Source: Escherichia phage REP2. Taken from it: a DNA stretch of 64,000 nt. Both the position numbers and the translations under genes were made by a program. Under the pieces are notes generated by a model. It searched no databases. It was not told where the DNA came from and saw only the letters and a program-made list of their open reading frames with translations. The stretch is from sequence record OQ174501.1. One strand, 5' to 3'. Positions 41,456 to 48,668 of this stretch are shown here, one piece after another. Every line of letters starts with the position of its first letter. Positions within the stretch are counted from its first letter, which is position 1.

Positions 41456-42033
41456 AAGCGAGTACAGTACTTCAAATTGCATATTTAGTATCACAAGAAT
41501 CAAAATGTTGCTCCTGGAAAGTAGGAGCAGTAATTGAAAAGAATGGACGTATTATTTCTACTGGATATAATGGTTCACCTGCAGGTGGTGTGAACTGCTG
41601 TGATTATGCTGCTGAGCAAGGTTGGTTGCTGAATAAGCCTAAACATACTATCATTCAAGGTCATAAGCCTGAATGTGTATCGTTTGGTTCAACTGATCGT
41701 TTTGTATTGGCGAAAGAACATCGTAGCGCGCACTCTGAATGGTCGTCTAAAAATGAAATTCATGCTGAACTAAATGCGATTTTGTTTGCTGCACGAAACG
41801 GTTCTTCAATTGAAGGTGCTACTATGTATGTAACACTTTCTCCTTGCCCAGATTGTGCAAAAGCAATAGCTCAATCTGGAATTAAAAAGCTGGTTTATTG
41901 TGAAACATACGATAAAAATAAACCTGGCTGGGATGATATTCTGCGAAATGCAGGTATTGAAGTGTTTAATGTTCCTAAGAAAAACTTAAATAAGTTAAAC
42001 TGGGAAAATATCAACGAATTCTGTGGTGAATAA
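41452..42033 (+). CDS. cd: dCMP deaminase
   Basis: 193 codons as in T4 Cd; zinc-binding deaminase motifs (HAE...SPCPDCAKAI). Confidence 0.9.
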   Translation: MKASTVLQIAYLVSQESKCCSWKVGAVIEKNGRIISTGYNGSPAGGVNCCDYAAEQGWLLNKPKHTIIQGHKPECVSFGSTDRFVLAKEHRSAHSEWSSKNEIHAELNAILFAARNGSSIEGATMYVTLSPCPDCAKAIAQSGIKKLVYCETYDKNKPGWDDILRNAGIEVFNVPKKNLNKLNWENINEFCGE

Positions 42034-42269
42034 TGAAATTTCGTTTGGTACAGCTCACAGCAATTAGTTCTTATTCCAACGAGAACATTTCATTTGCTGT
42101 AGAGTATAAGAAGTATTTTTTCTCTAAATGGAAGCAGTATTATAAGTCAAACTGGGTTTGTATTGATAGACCACATAGTTGGAAATCTGATTTAGAAAAA
42201 TGCCAAAAATTACTTTCCACTCTTAAAGAACGTGGAACAACTCATATTAAAACTGTAATAGGTAAATAA
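42033..42269 (+). CDS. Hypothetical protein (78 aa)
   Basis: ORF with ATGA overlap to cd. Confidence 0.45.
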   Translation: MKFRLVQLTAISSYSNENISFAVEYKKYFFSKWKQYYKSNWVCIDRPHSWKSDLEKCQKLLSTLKERGTTHIKTVIGK

Positions 42270-42578
42270 ATGAAACTGACGACTGAACAAAAAGTAGCAA
42301 TTCGTGAAATTTTGAAAACTAAATTGTCCATGGGTGTTTCAAACGTAGTTTTTGAAAAATCTGATGGTACTATTCGTATTATGAAAGGTACTCGTGATGC
42401 AGACTTTATGCCAACCATGCAAACTGGTAAATTGACTGAATCTACTCGGAAAGAATCTACTGATATGATTCCGATATTTGATGTTGAACTTGGCGCATGG
42501 CGAGGTTTTTCTATTGACAAATTGATTTCTGTTAATGGTATGAAAGTTGAGCATTTGCTTCAATTTATTGGTAAATAA
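42270..42578 (+). CDS. Hypothetical protein (102 aa)
   Basis: ORF starting at an overlapping TAAATG. Confidence 0.45.
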   Translation: MKLTTEQKVAIREILKTKLSMGVSNVVFEKSDGTIRIMKGTRDADFMPTMQTGKLTESTRKESTDMIPIFDVELGAWRGFSIDKLISVNGMKVEHLLQFIGK

Positions 42579-42634
42579 ATGCTTTAAGAATTATTTGTTA
42601 TTATTAATTCATCTGTTAACAAAAAGGAAAAACG

Positions 42635-42970
42635 ATGTCTGAAGTACAACAGCTACCAATTCGTGCTGTCGGTGAATATGTTATTTTAGTTTCTGAACCT
42701 GCACAGGCTGGTGATGAAGAAGTTACAGAATCAGGACTTATTATCGGTAAACGTGTTCAAGGTGAAGTTCCTGAACTGTGTGTAGTTCACTCTGTTGGTC
42801 CTGATGTTCCTGAAGGTTTCTGCGAAGTCGGTGATTTGACTTCTCTTCCAGTTGGTCAAATTCGAAATGTTCCGCATCCTTTTGTAGCTCTGGGTCTTAA
42901 GCAGCCAAAAGAAATTAAACAAAAATTCGTTACTTGTCACTATAAAGCTATTCCATGTCTTTATAAGTGA
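42635..42970 (+). CDS. 31: Co-chaperonin gp31 (GroES-like)
   Basis: 111 codons as in T4 gp31; translation [30 protein letters not shown]... matches as recalled. Confidence 0.9.
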
Positions 42971-42978
42971 TATAAATA
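42971..42978 (+). promoter_or_regulatory. Late promoter TATAAATA upstream of rIII
   Basis: Exact TATAAATA immediately after the gene 31 stop, about 140 nt upstream of rIII. Confidence 0.45.
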
Positions 42979-43117
42979 ATAATATGAATTGGGTGTCGGA
43001 ATAATAAGTTAACCGAACAATTCTATGTGGTAGTCTACAACTGAGAGATCTGTCGAAAGAAGATGAAATTCAGAAGAACGTGACTACCGAGTTTTAATCT
43101 CTAACGAGAATTTTTAA

Positions 43118-43366
43118 ATGATTAAACAATTACAACACGCTCTTGAACTGCAACGAAACGCATGGAATAATGGTCACGAAAACTATGGCGCATCTATTGA
43201 TGTTGAAGCCGAAGCTCTTGAAATCCTGCGTTATTTCAAACATCTAAATCCTGCTCAAACTGCATTAGCTGCTGAGCTTCAGGAAAAAGATGAACTTAAG
43301 TATGCTAAGCCTCTGGCTTCTGCTGCACGAAAAGCAGTTCGTCACTTTGTGGTAACATTGAAGTAA
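43118..43366 (+). CDS. rIII: rIII lysis-inhibition accessory protein
   Basis: 82 codons as in T4 RIII; position after gene 31. Confidence 0.8.
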   Translation: MIKQLQHALELQRNAWNNGHENYGASIDVEAEALEILRYFKHLNPAQTALAAELQEKDELKYAKPLASAARKAVRHFVVTLK

Positions 43367-43612
43367 TTTATTGGAGATTCACTGCCTTAGTGTGAGCTAA
43401 AATCGAGGAGCCATCGAACTGTCTGATTAATGATTTGCGAATCATTATAGTTTTAAGACCCCGGCAGTTTTATGGTGTACCTCTTGAATGTGAATGATGA
43501 CGGGTTTATGGTTATCCTGGTCGTTAAATACCCAAAAAACCTATGTTCCCCTTGAGGGCTTGCGCAGGCAATGCCAATAAGTCCTGCATTTTCATTTAAA
43601 AGAGAATTTATA

Positions 43613-43789
43613 ATGGCAAAACAAGCTAAAGCAAAGAAAGCAGTTGAAAAGAAAGTTGGTGATTCTAAACGCGCTGGCTACAAGCGTGGGTCGAACTCTC
43701 GTATCAATCAAACTGTTGAGAAGATCATGCGCCGAGCACGTGCGGTTCTTCGAGATGATGCTTCTCGTTTTGGTAAGCAGAAAGCATAA
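43613..43789 (+). CDS. Small highly basic protein (58 aa from MAKQAKAKKAVEKKVG...)
   Basis: Lys/Arg-rich ORF; start chosen at the internal ATG of the listed 43571 ORF; strong terminator follows. Start uncertain. Confidence 0.4.
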   Translation: MAKQAKAKKAVEKKVGDSKRAGYKRGSNSRINQTVEKIMRRARAVLRDDASRFGKQKA

Positions 43790-43794
43790 GTTGA

Positions 43795-43823
43795 GGACTC
43801 CTTCGGGAGTCCTTTTTTATTTT
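43795..43823 (+). terminator. Rho-independent terminator (GGACTCC-TTCG-GGAGTCC then TTTTTTATTTT)
   Basis: Perfect 7-bp stem with UUCG loop followed by a T-run. Confidence 0.85.
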
Positions 43824-43842
43824 CCAAAGACTGCATAAAGTT

Positions 43843-43872
43843 GTTTACAGTATGGTTCCTTTGTGATAGTAT
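43843..43872 (+). promoter_or_regulatory. T4-type early promoter
   Basis: GTTTAC at 43843-43848, 18-nt spacer, TGaTAGTAT. Confidence 0.55.
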
Positions 43873-43899
43873 TATCTTACACAAACAAAGGAGAATAAA

Positions 43900-44232
43900 A
43901 TGAAAACGATTAATCTGAACGCTGCAGTTAAAACTAAATGCTTCAATGGTAAATATGATGAAACTATGTGGTTCTTAATGGCAGTTGAAGGTGATATTAT
44001 TGAAGTAGAAACAACAGAAGGTATGGGAACAGATTTCACCTTTACAATTCAAGTTCATAATTTCTTTACTGGTTGGATTTATGAATTGAATACAGTAATC
44101 GTTGGAAAAATTGAACAAAATGAATTAGGTGAATGGTATTATGTTACAGCTCGCCAACGTGCCGAACGCTTAATTGAGAAGATGAAAAAAGTTGGTAAAC
44201 TTGATATGCAGCATTGGAAAGTAGTAAAATAA
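43900..44232 (+). CDS. Hypothetical protein (110 aa)
   Basis: ORF with RBS AAGGAGAA. Confidence 0.5.
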   Translation: MKTINLNAAVKTKCFNGKYDETMWFLMAVEGDIIEVETTEGMGTDFTFTIQVHNFFTGWIYELNTVIVGKIEQNELGEWYYVTARQRAERLIEKMKKVGKLDMQHWKVVK

Positions 44233-44234
44233 TT

Positions 44235-44263
44235 GTTTACTTTGGTACAGGATATGATATTAT
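44235..44263 (+). promoter_or_regulatory. T4-type early promoter with palindrome GGTACAGG/CCTGTACC flanking the -10
   Basis: GTTTAC at 44235-44240, TATTAT at 44258-44263; 8-bp inverted repeat at 44244-44251 and 44267-44274. Confidence 0.5.
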
Positions 44264-44287
44264 ATACCTGTACCGCAATTAAACATC

Positions 44288-44665
44288 TTGGAGAATAAAA
44301 TGAACTACATCAACTTTGAACGTAAATATGTTTCTAATGGTATTGCAGGTTCTATTGATACTATTTGCCTTTGGAAACATCAAAATGGATCAGTATGCGA
44401 AATTGAACAGTATATGACTCCTAACTACGTTTATATGCGATTTGAAAACGGTATCACGGTTTCAATCACAATGGAAGGTTCCAACTTCAAAATCGCTCTG
44501 GATGATGATTTTCGTCAACGCGATTTAGGGACCCATCCTTGCTGGAATGGCGCTAATCGTAAGCTTCTGGTTAAAACTTGGATTCGTCATATTTTGAGTA
44601 ACAGAGCTAAACCTGAGCATCTTGAAGCAATCTTTGATGTAGTTCTTAACGAATTTGATATTTAA
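44288..44665 (+). CDS. Hypothetical protein (125 aa)
   Basis: ORF with RBS GGAGAA. Confidence 0.5.
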   Translation: MENKMNYINFERKYVSNGIAGSIDTICLWKHQNGSVCEIEQYMTPNYVYMRFENGITVSITMEGSNFKIALDDDFRQRDLGTHPCWNGANRKLLVKTWIRHILSNRAKPEHLEAIFDVVLNEFDI

Positions 44666-44674
44666 AATAAAACA

Positions 44675-44688
44675 GGGGCTTCGGCCCC
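44675..44688 (+). other. UUCG-tetraloop hairpin GGGGC-TTCG-GCCCC
   Basis: Perfect 5-bp GC stem between adjacent ORFs; no U-tract. Confidence 0.45.
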
Positions 44689-44705
44689 TTACTGAGGAAA
44701 ATACT

Positions 44706-44993
44706 ATGTTTATGACTACTTATTTTGATACCCGCAAAAATTTCTGTGAAGTTGTTTTCTCTAAGGCGCCTAAAGACCTTCCTGCTCATTTGCAACCTAC
44801 CAGTGAATCGATTAAAAATTATGTTGATGTGGTTTGTCCTTTAGAGTTTCGCACTGTAAATGGGCGTGATACTTTGTCTATCATTAAACTTAATGGCGAA
44901 ATTGACATTGATCCCTCAATTGCGCGTGAAATTAATATTTCTGATATTGGCGGCGGTAATGTTAAATCACATGGGTTTCAGATGAGGTTCTAA
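44706..44993 (+). CDS. Hypothetical protein (95 aa)
   Basis: ATG at 44706 after GAGGAAAA; the listed start at 44655 is a TTG spanning the hairpin. Confidence 0.45.
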   Translation: MFMTTYFDTRKNFCEVVFSKAPKDLPAHLQPTSESIKNYVDVVCPLEFRTVNGRDTLSIIKLNGEIDIDPSIAREINISDIGGGNVKSHGFQMRF

Positions 44994-45190
44994 TGAAATT
45001 CTTTTTAGGTCAAACCGTTGAATTAAAGGGAGTTGGTATACCTGGATTAATTTCTAAGGTTTTACCCGCATTTAAATTGGGAGATGTTCAAGTAAAAGAG
45101 GCTTATATTGTTTCTTGGGTAGATGGAAATGAAGACCTTCATATGGGCGATGAATTATCTCCTATCTATGGATTAAAGGAATTAATATGA
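44993..45190 (+). CDS. Hypothetical protein (65 aa)
   Basis: ORF with ATGA-type overlap. Confidence 0.4.
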   Translation: MKFFLGQTVELKGVGIPGLISKVLPAFKLGDVQVKEAYIVSWVDGNEDLHMGDELSPIYGLKELI

Positions 45191-45393
45191 ATATAATTAA
45201 TAAGATTTTTGGAATTCAGTACATTAAGGTCACATATAAAGTAACAGATAAAAATCCGTATACTGATGAACACGAAGAACCACAAGTTGAGTCTATTATA
45301 TTAGAAAAGGACCCTAACTGGCCAGTTGAATTTCGTCTTCCTTGCTATGGTCATTGGGCTGATGTTGAAATTATAAGCATTGAAAATGTCTGA
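45187..45393 (+). CDS. Hypothetical protein (68 aa)
   Basis: ORF with ATGA overlap. Confidence 0.4.
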   Translation: MNIINKIFGIQYIKVTYKVTDKNPYTDEHEEPQVESIILEKDPNWPVEFRLPCYGHWADVEIISIENV

Positions 45394-45844
45394 GTTAGAG
45401 ATTAGAAGTAATTTTAGATGGCCATCATGTGCATTAAGTAATTTCGCTCAATGGCCTTTCGTTATGGATGGTATTCAATTTGGAGGTCTCGAAGGATTCC
45501 TCCAAGGATGCAAGGTGAAAAATGTTGAACAACAACGTCGTATATTTGGGTTATCTGGGCTTGCCGCCCAACAAGCTGGAAGGTCTTATGCTAGAGCTCA
45601 GGACCGTGGGACCCTCTTCTGGCTTGGAGTTCCGTTTTCAAGATACTCCCCGGCGTGGAAAGAATTATACACAAATGCATATTTTGAAGCAGCGATCCAA
45701 AACAAGGGCTTTCGTGATGCATTACAAGCCTCGAAAGGAAAAGTTTTGAAGCACAGCATGGCTAGTGGTCTAACAAAAGATGATACAATACTAACCGAAG
45801 CTGAATTTATTAATGTGTTAAACCTATTAAGAGATTCTCTATGA
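45380..45844 (+). CDS. NADAR/YbiA-family protein (predicted ADP-ribose-processing hydrolase)
   Basis: N-terminal F-x-LSNF...F..DG..F...E signature and overall size match the NADAR (DUF1768) family as I recall it. Confidence 0.55.
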   Translation: MKMSELEIRSNFRWPSCALSNFAQWPFVMDGIQFGGLEGFLQGCKVKNVEQQRRIFGLSGLAAQQAGRSYARAQDRGTLFWLGVPFSRYSPAWKELYTNAYFEAAIQNKGFRDALQASKGKVLKHSMASGLTKDDTILTEAEFINVLNLLRDSL

Positions 45845-46704
45845 AGCCTACTATTTTAACTGATATTGATGGAGTATGTTTAAGCTGGCAATCAGGTCTT
45901 CCTTATTTTGCCCAGAAATATAATCTTCCGTTAGAACATATTTTAAAAATGATCCAGGATGAGAAATTTATTTCTCCTGGTAAACTATTTAATTGCGATG
46001 AAGAACTTGGCGTTAAGCTAATTGAAAAATACAATCGTTCGGATTTTATTCGATACTTGTCTCCATATAAAGATGCCCTGTGTGTAATTAACAAATTAAA
46101 AGAAGATTATAATTTTGTAGCTGTTACAGCATTGGGTGATTCTATTGACGCTCTGTTGAATCGTCAATTTAATTTGAATGCTCTTTTTCCTGGTGCCTTC
46201 TCAGAAGTAATGATGTGTGGTCATGATTCTTCAAAAGAAGAGTTGTTCAAAAAGGCAAAAGAGAAATATAACGTAATTTGTTATATTGACGATCTCGCTC
46301 ACCACTGCGACCACGCGAGTGAAATATTAAATGTTCCGGTTTATTGGATGGCTCGAGGAGAGCGTGACAATATTCCAAAAACTGCTCAGCGAGTTTATAC
46401 ATGGAATGATATAGAAAATAAGCTTTTTTCACCGAAGGAAAATAAAGAAAGTTTTGATAGTGAAAAAGCTATAAAAGATGTAATTGAGAAGATGGTTAAA
46501 AACGATTCTTTTCGTTGGAACACTACCTGGAGAACTCCTGGATTTAATCCGTATAATCCATATTATACACATCCATATAATCCATATTATACACACCCGT
46601 ATCATATGAATCCATTCCATACGTGGAGTTATACTAAGCCTGGTGATGCAGGGTATTTTAATAGATTTACTAGTGGTGATAATATTTTCCAAGGAGCATT
46701 CTAA
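45841..46704 (+). CDS. HAD-superfamily hydrolase-like protein with Pro/Tyr-rich repeat tail
   Basis: Motif I DIDGV at the N-terminus and a D-D pair (YIDDLAHH) typical of HAD phosphatases/nucleotidases; ATGA overlap with the NADAR gene; C-terminal NPYNPYYTHPY repeats. Confidence 0.5.
   Translation: MKPTILTDIDGVCLSWQSGLPYFAQKYNLPLEHILKMIQDEKFISPGKLFNCDEELGVKLIEKYNRSDFIRYLSPYKDALCVINKLKEDYNFVAVTALGDSIDALLNRQFNLNALFPGAFSEVMMCGHDSSKEELFKKAKEKYNVICYIDDLAHHCDHASEILNVPVYWMARGERDNIPKTAQRVYTWNDIENKLFSPKENKESFDSEKAIKDVIEKMVKNDSFRWNTTWRTPGFNPYNPYYTHPYNPYYTHPYHMNPFHTWSYTKPGDAGYFNRFTSGDNIFQGAF
46553..46600 (+). repeat. Tandem 24-nt direct repeat (2 units) inside the HAD-like gene
   Basis: ATAATCCATATTATACACATCCAT (46553-46576) repeated as ATAATCCATATTATACACACCCGT (46577-46600); encodes the duplicated NPYYTHPY. 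Confidence 0.6.
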
Positions 46705-46973
46705 TGTTTGTCGTTCACACTATTTATGAAAATGAAGGTAATACTACACGTGATTACGGTCACGTAAATCAATTTTTTAGATGCAATCCAGAATTCCGAG
46801 CTCAAAAAGACGAACGAATTTTTAAAAAATGTGTAGAGCAAGGTTTCATTTATATCAAGCACTGGATGCAAGGAAATAAAGTTAGAACTACATATCATAA
46901 GTCTTTACCTGAGCTTAATGATGAATTGATTTATAATAGAGCTGTAAACCAAACCTTGAAGGATGAGCAATGA
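46704..46973 (+). CDS. Hypothetical protein (89 aa)
   Basis: ORF with overlapping start; immediately upstream of the ligase. Confidence 0.45.
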   Translation: MFVVHTIYENEGNTTRDYGHVNQFFRCNPEFRAQKDERIFKKCVEQGFIYIKHWMQGNKVRTTYHKSLPELNDELIYNRAVNQTLKDEQ

Positions 46974-48430
46974 TTCTTAAAATTCTGAATGAAATAGCAT
47001 CTATTGGATCAACTAAGCAGAAGCAAGCAATTCTTGAAAAGAATAAAGATAATGAATTGCTTAAACGGGTATATCGTCTGACTTATTCTCGTGGGTTACA
47101 GTATTATATCAAGAAATGGCCTAAACCTGGTATTGCTACCCAGAGTTTTGGAATGCTGACTATTACCGATATGCTTGACTTCATTGAATTCACGTTAGCT
47201 ACTCGGAAATTGACCGGAAATGCTGCAATTGAGGAATTGACTGGATATATCACCGATGGTAAAAAGGATGATGTTGAAGTTTTGCGTCGAGTGATGATGC
47301 GAGACCTTGAATGCGGTGCTTCAGTATCTATTGCAAACAAAGTTTGGCCAGGTTTAATTCCTGAACAACCTCAAATGCTGGCAAGTTCTTATGATGAAAA
47401 AGGCATTAATAAGAATATCAAATTTCCAGCCTTTGCCCAGTTAAAAGCTGATGGAGCTCGGTGTTTTGCTGAAGTCCGAGGTGATGAATTAGATGATGTT
47501 CGTCTTTTATCACGAGCTGGTAATGAATATCTAGGATTAGATCTTCTTAAGGAAGAGTTAATCAAAATGACCGCTGAAGCCCGCCAGATTCATCCAGAAG
47601 GCGTGTTAATTGATGGCGAATTGGTATATCATGAGCAAGTTGAAAAAGAGCCAGAAGGTCTAGATTTTCTTTTTGATGCTCCTGAAATCAGTAAAGCTAA
47701 AGAGTTTGCCGAAGTAGCTGAATCTCGTACTGCATCTAATGGCATCGCCAATAAATCTTTAAAGGGAACCATTTCTGAAAAAGAAGCTCAATGCATGAAG
47801 TTTCAGGTCTGGGATTATGTCCCGTTGGTAGAAATATACGGTCTTCCTGCATTTCGTTTGAAATATGATGTACGTTTTTCTAAACTAGAACAAATGACAT
47901 CAGGTTATGATAAAGTAATTTTAATTGAAAACCAGGTAGTAAATAACCTAGATGAAGCTAAGGTAATTTATAAAAAGTATATTGATCAAGGTCTTGAAGG
48001 TATTATTCTCAAAAATACCGATGGATTATGGGAAAATGCTCGTTCAAAAAATCTTTATAAATTTAAAGAAGTAATTGATGTTGATTTAAAAATTGTAGGA
48101 ATTTATCCTCACCGTAAAGACCCTACTAAAGCAGGTGGTTTCATTCTTGAATCAGAGTGTGGAAAAATTAAAGTAAATGCTGGTTCAGGCTTAAAAGATA
48201 AAGCCGGTATAAAATCGCATGAACTTGATCGTACTCGCATTATGGAAAACCAAAATTATTATATTGGAAAAATTCTAGAGTGCGAATGCAACGGCTGGGT
48301 AAAATTAGATGGACGTACTGATTACGTTAAGCTATTTCTTCCAATTGCAATTCGTTTACGTGAAGATAAAACTAAAGCTAATACGTTCGAAGATGTATTT
48401 GGCGATTTTCATGAGGTAACTGGTTTATGA
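46970..48430 (+). CDS. 30: ATP-dependent DNA ligase
   Basis: 486 codons; translation MILKILNEIASIGSTKQKQAILEKNKDNELLKRVYRLTYSRGLQYYIKKWPKPG... matches T4 DNA ligase as recalled, including the KADG adenylation motif. Confidence 0.95.
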   Translation: MILKILNEIASIGSTKQKQAILEKNKDNELLKRVYRLTYSRGLQYYIKKWPKPGIATQSFGMLTITDMLDFIEFTLATRKLTGNAAIEELTGYITDGKKDDVEVLRRVMMRDLECGASVSIANKVWPGLIPEQPQMLASSYDEKGINKNIKFPAFAQLKADGARCFAEVRGDELDDVRLLSRAGNEYLGLDLLKEELIKMTAEARQIHPEGVLIDGELVYHEQVEKEPEGLDFLFDAPEISKAKEFAEVAESRTASNGIANKSLKGTISEKEAQCMKFQVWDYVPLVEIYGLPAFRLKYDVRFSKLEQMTSGYDKVILIENQVVNNLDEAKVIYKKYIDQGLEGIILKNTDGLWENARSKNLYKFKEVIDVDLKIVGIYPHRKDPTKAGGFILESECGKIKVNAGSGLKDKAGIKSHELDRTRIMENQNYYIGKILECECNGWVKLDGRTDYVKLFLPIAIRLREDKTKANTFEDVFGDFHEVTGL

Positions 48431-48612
48431 AAGCTTACTTAGAAACAATTGTCGTGGCTCAAAAAGAAGGTGGAGATGTTTCCACTGCGGTATCGCAGGT
48501 TATTCTTGAATTCCCAGATAAACTAGCATATGATGAATTCACGGAAAGATTTGATCCATATGAAAAAGGTCCAAAGTTTGAAGTATATCGTACTCTTTTA
48601 GCTCTCTATTAA
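48427..48612 (+). CDS. Hypothetical protein (61 aa)
   Basis: ORF with ATGA overlap to the ligase; terminator follows. Confidence 0.45.
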   Translation: MKAYLETIVVAQKEGGDVSTAVSQVILEFPDKLAYDEFTERFDPYEKGPKFEVYRTLLALY

Positions 48613-48614
48613 TT

Positions 48615-48640
48615 AAAGGCCTTCGGGCCTTTAATTTTAT
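48615..48640 (+). terminator. Terminator-like hairpin AAAGGCC-TTCG-GGCCTTT plus AATTTTAT
   Basis: Perfect 7-bp stem with UUCG loop and a short T-rich tail. Confidence 0.6.
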
Positions 48641-48645
48641 AAATA
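48638..48645 (+). promoter_or_regulatory. Late promoter TATAAATA (alt)
   Basis: Exact TATAAATA about 24 nt upstream of the alt ATG. Confidence 0.65.
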
Positions 48646-48668
48646 GAATAAACACTAGAGAGGATAAC

